Source: Tannerellaceae bacterium
Lineage (GTDB): Bacteria > Bacteroidota > Bacteroidia > Bacteroidales > Tannerellaceae
Direction of reading: 5' to 3'
Assembly: GCA_031285925.1 (NCBI GenBank)
Contig: JAITVG010000147.1
Span: 1-40,188, forward strand
DNA length: 40,188 nucleotides
Of this stretch, positions 1 through 8,185 are shown piece by piece. The position numbers were made by a program, and so were the translations under genes. Each line of letters opens with the position of its first letter. Positions within the stretch are counted from its first letter, which is position 1. A model generated the notes under the pieces. It searched no databases and was not told where the DNA came from. It saw nothing but the letters and a program-made list of their open reading frames with translations.

Positions 1-246
1 ATCCATACCGACGACGTGAAATGTTCCCACGGCATGACGACCGGGCAATTAGACGAGAACGCCCTTTTCTACCTCAGAAGCCGAGGCATACCGGAAGACG
101 AGGCGCGCATGTTATTGAGCGTAGCCTTCACCGCCGACGTGATCGATCACGTCCGCCTGGACAGCCTCAAAGACCGCCTTCATGGATTGGTGGAAAAACG
201 CTTCCGCGGAGAACTGGCCAAATGCGCCGGGTGCCGGGCAAGTTAA
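1..246 (+). CDS. sufD: Fe-S cluster assembly protein SufD, C-terminal part (5' end outside window)
   Basis: Frame is open from base 1: IHTDDVKCSHGMTTGQLDENALFYLRSRGI matches the SufB/SufD C-terminal motif DDVKCSHGxTxGxxDxxxLFYLxSRGI. The DDVKC form favours SufD. Confidence 0.85.
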   Translation: MHTDDVKCSHGMTTGQLDENALFYLRSRGIPEDEARMLLSVAFTADVIDHVRLDSLKDRLHGLVEKRFRGELAKCAGCRAS

Positions 247-1184
247 AAAAAGAAAAGGGAAACGCCCAGAACACTGATCACGGCGCCTGCTATCTCGCGT
301 AAGGTGATCTTTTGCCTGAAGAAGAAATAGGCGGGGGCAAGTATGATGATCGGGGTTAAAGCCATGAGCGTGGACGCGATGCCGGCTTCCGTGTACTGCA
401 CGGCCATGAGGGAAAGCGATACTCCTACGAAGGGGCCGAAGATGGTGCCGACGGTGGCCGAGGCCATTGCCTTTCGGTCGGAAAGCGACTGAACAAGCGC
501 TTTTCCCCGGCGGGTAAGGAGCATGATGGTAATGAAGCCGGCCACTCCAATGATTGCCCGTATCTGTGTGGATGCAAAAGGTACCAGATTGACGGCAACG
601 GCGTCGTGCAAGTCGATGTTTTGCATATAATGATTCATCCCCAACTTGCTGAATACCAAGCCGATTCCTTGCCCCATTCCTCCTCCAATGCCCAGCAGTA
701 TGCCTTTAAGCGGAAGTTTCAGGCTGATCCGGCGGGAAGATCCTGTTCTTTTACTGAAGATGGAAAGCCCTATCCCCGACATCGTGACAATCATTCCCAA
801 CCAGGCGTTTACGCTTAGGGTTTCTCCCAAAATGAAATAGCCTGCAATGGCTGCCGACGGCGGTGCCAGCGTCATAAAGAGTTGTCCGAAGCGGGAGCCG
901 ATAAGGATATAGGAGTTGAACAGGCAGTAGTCGCCCAGCACATAACCGATGAAACCGGAAACGGCCAGCCAGAACCAGGCTTCCCGGCCGGCGTTTACGG
1001 GGATAAACGAGCCGGTGAAAAATGCTAAAGTCAAGCCCAGCATGAGGATTGCCAGCGAAAGGCGGATGATGTTCAGCGAAAGTGTCCCGATCCGCCTGCC
1101 GGTATATTCAAAGGCAATAGCCGTTATAGTCCATGAAACGGCGACAAACAGGGAGATGGATTCTCCGATATAGTTTTCCGGCAT
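243..1184 (-). CDS. DMT/EamA family transporter
   Basis: About 313 aa with roughly 10 hydrophobic segments in two repeats, each ending in an EamA-type motif (GYFILGETLS; YFFFRQKITLRE). ATG at 1184; an in-frame GTG at 1187 is an alternative start. Confidence 0.85.
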   Translation of the reverse strand: MPENYIGESISLFVAVSWTITAIAFEYTGRRIGTLSLNIIRLSLAILMLGLTLAFFTGSFIPVNAGREAWFWLAVSGFIGYVLGDYCLFNSYILIGSRFGQLFMTLAPPSAAIAGYFILGETLSVNAWLGMIVTMSGIGLSIFSKRTGSSRRISLKLPLKGILLGIGGGMGQGIGLVFSKLGMNHYMQNIDLHDAVAVNLVPFASTQIRAIIGVAGFITIMLLTRRGKALVQSLSDRKAMASATVGTIFGPFVGVSLSLMAVQYTEAGIASTLMALTPIIILAPAYFFFRQKITLREIAGAVISVLGVSLFFF

Positions 1185-1201
1185 CACAATCCGTCAGATT
1201 A

Positions 1202-2719
1202 TCAGAAAGGCATTTCGTTCGTCCTTGCCTGTTGCACAAAATCGGATTCTGCGGGAGAGATGGGAGGGGGAGGCGGGGTATTCATCGAAGAAGCATATTC
1301 CATGAAGGAAACATCTTCGTCGATATTCGTGAACTTGGCGTATTCGCTGCGGAACTTCAGGCGCACGTCGCCGGTTGCTCCGTTGCGGTGCTTGGCGATA
1401 ATGATCTCGGCTATGCCCAGGAGGGAGTTTCCCCGTTCGTCTTCCAGTATCTTATAGTATTCCGGGCGGTGGATAAAGCAAACCATGTCGGCATCCTGTT
1501 CAATTGCTCCCGACTCGCGAAGGTCGGCCAGCTGGGGGCGTTTCCCTTCGTTCCCCTGACGGTTTTCCACGCCGCGATTCAACTGCGACAGGGCGATGAT
1601 CGGAATATTCAGTTCCTTGGCCAGTCCTTTCAGTGAGCGGGAGATCATGCTCACTTCCTGCTCACGGCTTCCGAAGTTCATGCCGCTGGCGTTCATCAGC
1701 TGAAGGTAGTCGATGATAATACATGAGATATTATGCTCGCGCACTAAGCGGCGCGCTTTGGTTCGCAGCTCGAAAACGGACAGGCTCGGCGTGTCGTCCA
1801 CATAGATAGGTGCGTCATAAAGTTCTTTCAGTTTGAAATCCAATTGCTGCCATTCGTGATCTTCCAAGCGTCCGCTCTTGATCTTCTCGCCCGGCAATTC
1901 GCACACATTCACAATCAAACGGTTTACCAACTGCACGTTGCTCATTTCAAGAGAGAAAAGCGCTACCGGCGTATTGAACTGTACCGCCATATTCTTGGCC
2001 ATGGAGAGCACAAAGGCTGTTTTTCCCATTGCCGGACGGGCGGCAATAATGATAAGGTCGGACTTTTGCCAACCGGAAGTAATCTTGTCCAGTCCCTCAA
2101 ATCCCGAGCGGATACCACTCAAGCCTTCTTTTTGGTTGTAGGCTTTTTGCAACAGAGCCATGGCTTCGTTTATGACCGGATTGATTTGGGTGACGTCCTT
2201 TTTCACGTTTCGCTGGGAAATCTCGAAAAGCTTTCCTTCGGCTTCCTGCATCAGGTCGTCTACATCTACCGTATCGTCGAAAGCCTGGTTCTGTACTTGG
2301 CTTGAAAAGGATATAAGTTCGCGGGCGAGATATTTCTGCGCGATGATGCGGGCATGATATTCGATATGCGCTGTACTTGCCACTTTGCTCGTTAATTGCG
2401 CAATGTAAAAAGATCCGCCGACCTGTTCCAGATCTCCTCTTTTCTTCAACTGCTCGGCGACGGTAAGCATATCGACCGGCCGCTGACTGACGGCAAGGTC
2501 TACAATAGCCGCATAGATCAGTTCATGCGCTTTGAGATAGAAACACTCCGGTTTGAGCAGTTCGCTTACTATTGAATAGGCATCCTTTTCCAGCATCAAT
2601 GCTCCCAAGACCGCTTCTTCAAGTTCGGGCGCCTGAGGTTGCAAGCGTCCCATATCCGGTACTATTACTGTCTTCTGCTTGCTTCTCCCCACATTTTTCG
2701 CTTTTTCAACCATAGTCAT
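1202..2719 (-). CDS. dnaB: Replicative DNA helicase DnaB
   Basis: PQAPELEEAVLGALM N-terminus, Walker A AARPAMGKT, FSLEMS, IIIDYLQLM, LSQLNR, DLRESGAIEQDAD, IIAKHRNG. Start moved to ATG 2719 (or 2713) because a promoter -7 box lies at 2738-2745. Confidence 0.97.
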   Translation of the reverse strand: MTMVEKAKNVGRSKQKTVIVPDMGRLQPQAPELEEAVLGALMLEKDAYSIVSELLKPECFYLKAHELIYAAIVDLAVSQRPVDMLTVAEQLKKRGDLEQVGGSFYIAQLTSKVASTAHIEYHARIIAQKYLARELISFSSQVQNQAFDDTVDVDDLMQEAEGKLFEISQRNVKKDVTQINPVINEAMALLQKAYNQKEGLSGIRSGFEGLDKITSGWQKSDLIIIAARPAMGKTAFVLSMAKNMAVQFNTPVALFSLEMSNVQLVNRLIVNVCELPGEKIKSGRLEDHEWQQLDFKLKELYDAPIYVDDTPSLSVFELRTKARRLVREHNISCIIIDYLQLMNASGMNFGSREQEVSMISRSLKGLAKELNIPIIALSQLNRGVENRQGNEGKRPQLADLRESGAIEQDADMVCFIHRPEYYKILEDERGNSLLGIAEIIIAKHRNGATGDVRLKFRSEYAKFTNIDEDVSFMEYASSMNTPPPPPISPAESDFVQQARTNEMPF

Positions 2720-2737
2720 TCTCTTAAAAACAGGAAA

Positions 2738-2745
2738 CAAAAATA
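2738..2745 (-). promoter_or_regulatory. Bacteroidota primary-sigma -7 box (TATTTTTG) for dnaB
   Basis: Matches TAnnTTTG on the minus strand just upstream of the dnaB ATGs. Confidence 0.55.
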
Positions 2746-2754
2746 CAGCAACTA

Positions 2755-4356
2755 TTAGAACCCAAAGTCATCGACTTCTATATCCAATACCTCTTCTTCC
2801 GCCGGTTTCTCTACCCGCTGATGAACGACATTCGATTTAATGATGATCGCCCTATCCGGCCGTACCGGACAAATCGATTCGCAACCGCCGCAGCCGACAC
2901 ACAATTCGGGCTCCACTACCGGAACCGTCAATGTGGAACCTTCCTTATAAAGTTCCATGTGAACGGCCTGTGTGGGACAATGTTCCGAACAGGCGCCGCA
3001 ATCCGTGTTTTCGGTTTCAACAATACAGCGTTCCAGAAAGAACTCGGCAATCCCTACCTGCGTGGTCTTCTTGTCATCCAAAGACGTGAGCTTTATGGCC
3101 TGATTGGGACATACATCCGCGCATACGGTACATTCATAATTGCAATAGCTGTCGATGTAAGCCATGTGGGGTTTCAGCGCATAACCCAAACCAAACTGAA
3201 GTCCGGTCGGATAGAGCACCTGACTCGGGCAATGAACCACACAAAGATGGCATCCGGTGCATTTGTCCTTAAACCGTTCCAAACTGATTGATCCCGGAGG
3301 TGTTACAGGATTCACATCCTTCTCCTTGCTGCCTCTGAAACGGTTTCTGGAACGGGCGGCGGCGGATACTGCAGGCAATGTGGCTGCTATCGTCGCGCCG
3401 GTAGCAAGAAACCTGCGCCGGGTGTTTGAAGATACCGCAGGTTTATTCGGAGTAAGTGTATCTGCAATAGGCGCTTCCTTTTTTATATCTTCCGTTTCCT
3501 TTTTGAAAACAGGTTTGAAGCGGTAGTGAATACTGTCTTTCTTGCAGGATGAAACGCAATTGAAACAGTCTACACAACGGGAATTGTCGATGGACAAGTC
3601 TTTTACATTGATTGCTTCCGCTTTGCAGGATTGTTCGCACAGTTTACAACTGATACATTTCTCCCGATCAATCGAGATACGGAAAAGAGAATAGCGCGAA
3701 ACCAGGCTAAGCAAGGCGCCGACAGGGCATAATGTGTTGCAGAATAACCGTCCGCGCATGATGGTCATTACAATAAAGACCGCCAAAGCGATGCCGCCGC
3801 CGATCAGTCCGGCCGTAGTAGCCGTGGTAAGGCTGACGTGAAACAGCGTGTAGTTATCGACTTTAGCCAGCAGTCCGGCCAGTATATTGTTTATCCAAAC
3901 GACTGTGGGGCGGAAGAGATTGGATGCGATGCGGCCGAAATTGCTGTAAGGATCGAGCGCCAGTAACAGTTCTATAAAACCGAATACAGCCAAGGCTGCA
4001 ATTAATCCGAACAGTATATATCGCAGATAATTCATCGGCTTGCGATAGGCGAACCTTCTCGATCCTTTCTTCTTTTTCTTTCCGATACAAAACAGCCGGT
4101 TAATTATATCCTGAAATACTCCGGCGGGGCAAATAACCGAACAGTATATGCGCCCGAACACCAGAACCAGGATGAATTGCAACAACAGAATACCTAACAT
4201 CCCGCCCAATATCGCCGGAACGATTTGCAGATGCAAAAGGGAATGAACGGATACGGGCATAAGTACCCTGAAATCCACAAAGAAGAAAAGAATAGGGATA
4301 AAAAATAAGATTGCGAGTAAAACTCGCAATCCTTTTAAATAATTCGCTTGTTTCAT
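2755..4356 (-). CDS. Membrane-bound 4Fe-4S ferredoxin-type protein (NapH-like N-terminus plus NapF/MauM-like C-terminus)
   Basis: TM helices with GRIYCSVICPAG and GRLFCNTLCPVG motifs, multiple CxxCxxCxxxC clusters, and an internal TRRRFL followed by PPGS...CTGCHLCVVHCP. Confidence 0.85.
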   Translation of the reverse strand: MKQANYLKGLRVLLAILFFIPILFFFVDFRVLMPVSVHSLLHLQIVPAILGGMLGILLLQFILVLVFGRIYCSVICPAGVFQDIINRLFCIGKKKKKGSRRFAYRKPMNYLRYILFGLIAALAVFGFIELLLALDPYSNFGRIASNLFRPTVVWINNILAGLLAKVDNYTLFHVSLTTATTAGLIGGGIALAVFIVMTIMRGRLFCNTLCPVGALLSLVSRYSLFRISIDREKCISCKLCEQSCKAEAINVKDLSIDNSRCVDCFNCVSSCKKDSIHYRFKPVFKKETEDIKKEAPIADTLTPNKPAVSSNTRRRFLATGATIAATLPAVSAAARSRNRFRGSKEKDVNPVTPPGSISLERFKDKCTGCHLCVVHCPSQVLYPTGLQFGLGYALKPHMAYIDSYCNYECTVCADVCPNQAIKLTSLDDKKTTQVGIAEFFLERCIVETENTDCGACSEHCPTQAVHMELYKEGSTLTVPVVEPELCVGCGGCESICPVRPDRAIIIKSNVVHQRVEKPAEEEVLDIEVDDFGF

Positions 4357-4357
4357 A

Positions 4358-5290
4358 CTACATCCTAACTCGTTTGATGTTGATTTTTTTGAGATCGGTA
4401 GATCCCAAGTTCAACGATTCTCCCTTGCCCAGATGGGTTACGGCGGCAATATCCAGTTTCTTTACCTGATTGAACATGCCCAGCGCAGCCGTATCCACGG
4501 CTATAATATTCGGGGAGGCAATCAAAGACTTTATTGTAGCCACGTCGGCGGCGCTTTTACCCTGCGGGCCGTTTTGGTGCATAATGCGGTAGGCATCCAC
4601 GATATTCAGTACCGGTTTCTTTTCCCAGGTACAAATATCGGCAATACACTGCTGCAAGTCATTGGAGTGGAAGAAACGGCGATCCCAAACAATTCCCATA
4701 TAGTTTTTCATCGCGCAGCTCAATTTAGCCCCTCCGTGATTCTTTAATATCGGCATATTGATCCAGGCATCCGCTTCAACCAATGCTTCATGTATCTTGG
4801 CCTTCTTCAATATAACGCCGTTGGGAATGGTAACTTCTCTGAAATATTTTTCTTCATTGGCCGGCATTACGATTGCTCCGGCTTCTTTTGCGGCGGCAGC
4901 AATACCACTGTTGTCGTAGCATCTTTGCCAGTTGTCGCATGTCTGGTCGAATACCGTAACTTTTTCTGCTCCGGCATCCAGACATTTCTTTATCAGCGCT
5001 TTCACCAGGCCGGGATTTGTATTGGCTGCCAGTTCGGGCTTTCTGTCCCATCCGATATTGGGTTTGATAACGACTTTCTGTCCTTTCTTTATGAATTTAC
5101 CGATACCGCCCAGTTCTTCCAAAGCTTTATCGAGCATCGCTTCGGGTTCACCGCCCATTACGGCAACCATGTCGGGAACCTGTTCCACAACCATATTGTT
5201 CGACTTTAAAGCCGCCTGTAAACCATCAAAGTTCAAAGTCAATGCAGCGCCTGCTGCTACGCCTGTTTTAATAAAATCACGTCTTTTCAT
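4358..5290 (-). CDS. DUF362 domain protein with twin-arginine-like leader
   Basis: Start MKRRDFIK at ATG 5290. Motifs VVIKPNIGWD, NTNP, INMPILKNHGGA, AMKNYMG and IVDAYR are typical of DUF362, which is commonly paired with the neighbouring 4Fe-4S protein. Confidence 0.8.
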   Translation of the reverse strand: MKRRDFIKTGVAAGAALTLNFDGLQAALKSNNMVVEQVPDMVAVMGGEPEAMLDKALEELGGIGKFIKKGQKVVIKPNIGWDRKPELAANTNPGLVKALIKKCLDAGAEKVTVFDQTCDNWQRCYDNSGIAAAAKEAGAIVMPANEEKYFREVTIPNGVILKKAKIHEALVEADAWINMPILKNHGGAKLSCAMKNYMGIVWDRRFFHSNDLQQCIADICTWEKKPVLNIVDAYRIMHQNGPQGKSAADVATIKSLIASPNIIAVDTAALGMFNQVKKLDIAAVTHLGKGESLNLGSTDLKKINIKRVRM

Positions 5291-5335
5291 TTTAGTTTTT
5301 ACTTTATTAAACTTGTTAAATTCATATTTAAGAGG

Positions 5336-5343
5336 CAAAAATA
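5336..5343 (-). promoter_or_regulatory. -7 box (TATTTTTG) for the DUF362/4Fe-4S operon
   Basis: TAnnTTTG match 46 bp upstream of ATG 5290. Confidence 0.5.
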
Positions 5344-5480
5344 ATAAATGTCTGAAAAATACCCCACTATTGACGTATTTTAACCATGACCGACGCATAC
5401 TTATAATAATGGTAACCCGTTGTTGGCGGAATTAAAATCGGATAAAAAAACAAGTGAAGCAGGGTTAAGGAAGAAATAAC

Positions 5481-5604
5481 CCTAACACGCAAATGCACAA
5501 CGCATTAACTGGTTGTTAAAAAGTGTTTCTATATATAGTACGCGCTCGTACTACCTATACAACGGCGCCGTACTATAGGTAGTACGCGCTCGTAGTACCT
5601 ATAC
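5481..5604. repeat. Dispersed element with 22-bp periodic palindromic array (family A, copy 1)
   Basis: Cores CTATATATAG 5529, CTACCTATAC 5551, CTATAGGTAG 5573 and GTACCTATAC 5595, separated by 12-bp spacers. Homologous to 31163-31285, including the upstream flank. Confidence 0.85.
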
Positions 5605-5606
5605 CA

Positions 5607-5672
5607 TTTTCGGGCGAACACGCAGGTACGCCCTACTGTTTTCGGACGAACGCGCAAGTCCGCCTCTACTTG
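5607..5672. repeat. Two imperfect direct repeats, 32-bp offset
   Basis: TTTTCGGGCGAACACGCAGGTACGCCCTACTG at 5607 and TTTTCGGACGAACGCGCAAGTCCGCCTCTACTTG at 5639. Confidence 0.7.
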
Positions 5673-5696
5673 TTTCGTTTTTCCAACTATTATACT

Positions 5697-5704
5697 TATT
5701 TTTG
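5697..5704 (+). promoter_or_regulatory. -7 box (TATTTTTG) for the wcaJ-like gene
   Basis: TAnnTTTG match 22 bp upstream of ATG 5727. Confidence 0.55.
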
Positions 5705-5726
5705 TCCGATTTTATAAACTTCCTGC

Positions 5727-7121
5727 ATGGAGTCAAACAAAAAGCGCGGCTATCTTATACAGTGGCTTGTAGGCACAGGGGATTTGCTTGTAGTGAATGG
5801 TCTCTTTTTTTTAGTGTATTCTCTTTTTGGAGATTACACACAGGCTATTTATCCGAAAATGAGAGAAGTGATCTTGCTGTTGAACTTCTGCTATTTCTTT
5901 TCTGTCTATTTTGTTCCCATTCAATTGCACAAGTCGGTCATATTCCTGGAAAAGATCGTGCAGCGCGCATTGCTGATGGTCACTTTTCTTATCATTCTTT
6001 TTGCTACCTGCCTGATGTTTCTTGACATTGGAGATGAATTGGCCAGATTTCTGCTGCTTTATTATCTCTCGTTAGTCGTGTTTTTTTCGCTCTGGCGGAT
6101 TATTGTGCGTGTCACTCTGAAGATATACCGGAAGAAAGGATATAACTTTAAGCGGATTATTATTGTAGGAGCAGGAAAGAACGGAATGGAACTTCTCCGG
6201 ATCATGAAGGAAGATATGGCTTATGGATTTAATGTGATGGGCTTTTTCGACGATAATCTGGCGCTGAAAGATGTTTTGCCGAATTATCTCGGTATGACGC
6301 ATGAAGTGGAACGGTTTGTTTTGAACCACGATGTGGATGAAATCTACTATACACTGCCGGGAACGCAAGACCAAAAGATGCTCCGGCTATTGAACTTTTC
6401 GGAAAAGCACATGATTCGTTTCTATATTGTCCCTGAATTTTACAGAATAGTTAAAAAGAGCATGATCATGCAGGTTATGGAGTCCGTACCCCTGCTTACT
6501 GTTCGGAGAGAGCCTTTGCAGGCAGCTTACAACAGAGTGTTGAAGCGGGTATTCGATATTGTTTTTTCCCTTGGAGTGCTGCTCACCATTTATCCTGTCA
6601 TGTATGTGATCGTGGGAATACTGATAAAGATAAGTTCGCCCGGCCCCATACTGTTTAAACAGAAAAGGACCGGAATTTATGGAGAAGAGTTTAATTGCTA
6701 CAAGTTTCGCACGATGCGTGTCAATCAGCAGGCGGATCTTGTTCAGGCACGCGAAGACGATCCGCGTAAAACAAAGATCGGCGATTTTATGCGCCGAACC
6801 AATCTGGATGAGTTTCCACAGTTTGTGAATGTGTTGGTTGGGGATATGTCTGTTGTCGGGCCTCGCCCTCACATGCTAAAGCATACCGAACAGTATTCCG
6901 CCATTATAGATAAATATATGGTGCGCCATTTGGTAAAACCCGGCCTGACCGGTTGGGCGCAGGTAACCGGTTACCGGGGAGAAACCAAAACTTTGGAGCA
7001 GATGGAAGGCCGTGTAAAGAGGGATGTGTGGTATCTTGAAAACTGGTCTTTCTTCCTGGATTTGAAGATTATCGTAGTCACCGTGTGCAATATGTTTACA
7101 GGTGAAAGGAATGCTTATTGA
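5727..7121 (+). CDS. wcaJ: Undecaprenyl-phosphate glucose phosphotransferase (WcaJ/CpsE type)
   Basis: Four N-terminal TMs, IIVGAG Rossmann-like segment, and a bacterial sugar transferase domain ([45 protein letters not shown]). Confidence 0.9.
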   Translation: MESNKKRGYLIQWLVGTGDLLVVNGLFFLVYSLFGDYTQAIYPKMREVILLLNFCYFFSVYFVPIQLHKSVIFLEKIVQRALLMVTFLIILFATCLMFLDIGDELARFLLLYYLSLVVFFSLWRIIVRVTLKIYRKKGYNFKRIIIVGAGKNGMELLRIMKEDMAYGFNVMGFFDDNLALKDVLPNYLGMTHEVERFVLNHDVDEIYYTLPGTQDQKMLRLLNFSEKHMIRFYIVPEFYRIVKKSMIMQVMESVPLLTVRREPLQAAYNRVLKRVFDIVFSLGVLLTIYPVMYVIVGILIKISSPGPILFKQKRTGIYGEEFNCYKFRTMRVNQQADLVQAREDDPRKTKIGDFMRRTNLDEFPQFVNVLVGDMSVVGPRPHMLKHTEQYSAIIDKYMVRHLVKPGLTGWAQVTGYRGETKTLEQMEGRVKRDVWYLENWSFFLDLKIIVVTVCNMFTGERNAY

Positions 7122-7176
7122 CCACCCGATTGCACACTTTATACATAATTGTGTAACAAGTATCCTTTTTTGTTTT

Positions 7177-7184
7177 TATATTTG
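7177..7184 (+). promoter_or_regulatory. -7 box (TATATTTG) just upstream of ruvX (very short leader implied)
   Basis: TAnnTTTG ends 6 bp before ATG 7191. Confidence 0.5.
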
Positions 7185-7190
7185 CCGCCG

Positions 7191-7610
7191 ATGGGAAGGA
7201 TTTTAGCAGTAGATTATGGAAGGAAGCGTACAGGTTTGGCTGTTACCGACCCCCTTCAATTGATAGCAAATGGATTGGCGACAGTGTCCGGCCATGAAGT
7301 TGTCGCTTACCTGAAAGACTATGTATCCCGTGAACCGGTTGAACTTATCGTAGTTGGGTTTCCCAAACAAATGAACAATGAACCTTCGGAAAATATGAAA
7401 TACATAGAAGAGTTTGTAAAGCATTTGAAACGAACATTGCCGGATATACCGGTAGCGTATTATGACGAAAGATTCACTTCGGTTATGGCTCACCGGGCAA
7501 TGATTGACGGCGGGCTGAAAAAGAAGAAAAGGCAGGACAAGTCTTTGGTGGATGAGATCAGCGCCGTCATAATCCTTCAGGCATATATGGAAAGTATTAA
7601 CAATAAATAA
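7191..7610 (+). CDS. ruvX: Holliday junction resolvase RuvX / pre-16S rRNA nuclease YqgF
   Basis: MGRILAVDYGRKRTGLAVTD, VVGFP, DERFTS and VDEISAVIILQ motifs. Start at ATG 7191. Confidence 0.93.
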   Translation: MGRILAVDYGRKRTGLAVTDPLQLIANGLATVSGHEVVAYLKDYVSREPVELIVVGFPKQMNNEPSENMKYIEEFVKHLKRTLPDIPVAYYDERFTSVMAHRAMIDGGLKKKKRQDKSLVDEISAVIILQAYMESINNK

Positions 7611-7612
7611 TT

Positions 7613-8170
7613 ATGGTATTACCAATATTCTTATATGGCCAACCGGTTCTGAGAAAAGAAGCGGAAGAAATTCCACGAGATTATCCGGGATTAAAACAAC
7701 TGGTGGGCAATATGTATGAAACGATGTACAATGCGGACGGAGTAGGTTTGGCTGCACCTCAGGTGGGTTTTCCATTACGCCTGTTTGTGATAGATGCAGA
7801 TACTGTCGGTGATGAGTTTCCCGAATGTAAAGGATTTAAGCGGACAATGATCAACCCTGACATTTATTGGCGAAGCGAAGACCCGGTTTCTATTGAAGAA
7901 GGATGCCTCAGCTTTCCGGGACTGCACGAAAAAATCTCCCGCGCCAGCACTGTCAAAATAAAATATTATGATGAATATTTCGCAGAGCATGATGAAGAGA
8001 TCGAAGGATTTGCCGCCCGCATAGTTCAACATGAATATGAACATCTGGAAGGACACGTCTTTATCGATAACATATCCGGAATACGGAAACAGTTAAACAA
8101 GGGAAAACTAAATGATATAATAAAAGGAACAGCCCGTTGTTCTTACCGGACGAAGGCTGTCGGGAAATAA
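7613..8170 (+). CDS. def: Peptide deformylase
   Basis: GVGLAAPQVG, EEGCLSFPG and QHEYEHLEG motifs. Confidence 0.96.
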   Translation: MVLPIFLYGQPVLRKEAEEIPRDYPGLKQLVGNMYETMYNADGVGLAAPQVGFPLRLFVIDADTVGDEFPECKGFKRTMINPDIYWRSEDPVSIEEGCLSFPGLHEKISRASTVKIKYYDEYFAEHDEEIEGFAARIVQHEYEHLEGHVFIDNISGIRKQLNKGKLNDIIKGTARCSYRTKAVGK

Positions 8171-8185
8171 CATTAAACAATCAGT

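Noticed and set aside
1-1800. Visibly higher GC at the start of the window as a sign of horizontal transfer
   Set aside because: It covers core genes (sufD, dnaB), fades gradually and has no mobility signature. It was not quantified.
1202-2719. Intein in DnaB
   Set aside because: Length is about 505 aa and the helicase motifs are contiguous, with no insertion.
5291-5398. N-terminal extensions in the ORF track (DUF362, dnaB, ruvX, lptC, both susD, first susC)
   Set aside because: Downstream ATGs give proper signal peptides or family N-termini, and several extensions overlap promoter boxes or upstream genes.
5400-5726. Invertible (phase-variable) promoter for wcaJ
   Set aside because: I found no inverted-repeat pair bracketing the -7 box at 5697. 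The palindromes all lie upstream of it.
8027-8053. Deformylase metal motif QHEYEH instead of the common HExDH
   Set aside because: HExxH is intact and the D-to-E change is conservative, so there is no evidence of inactivation.
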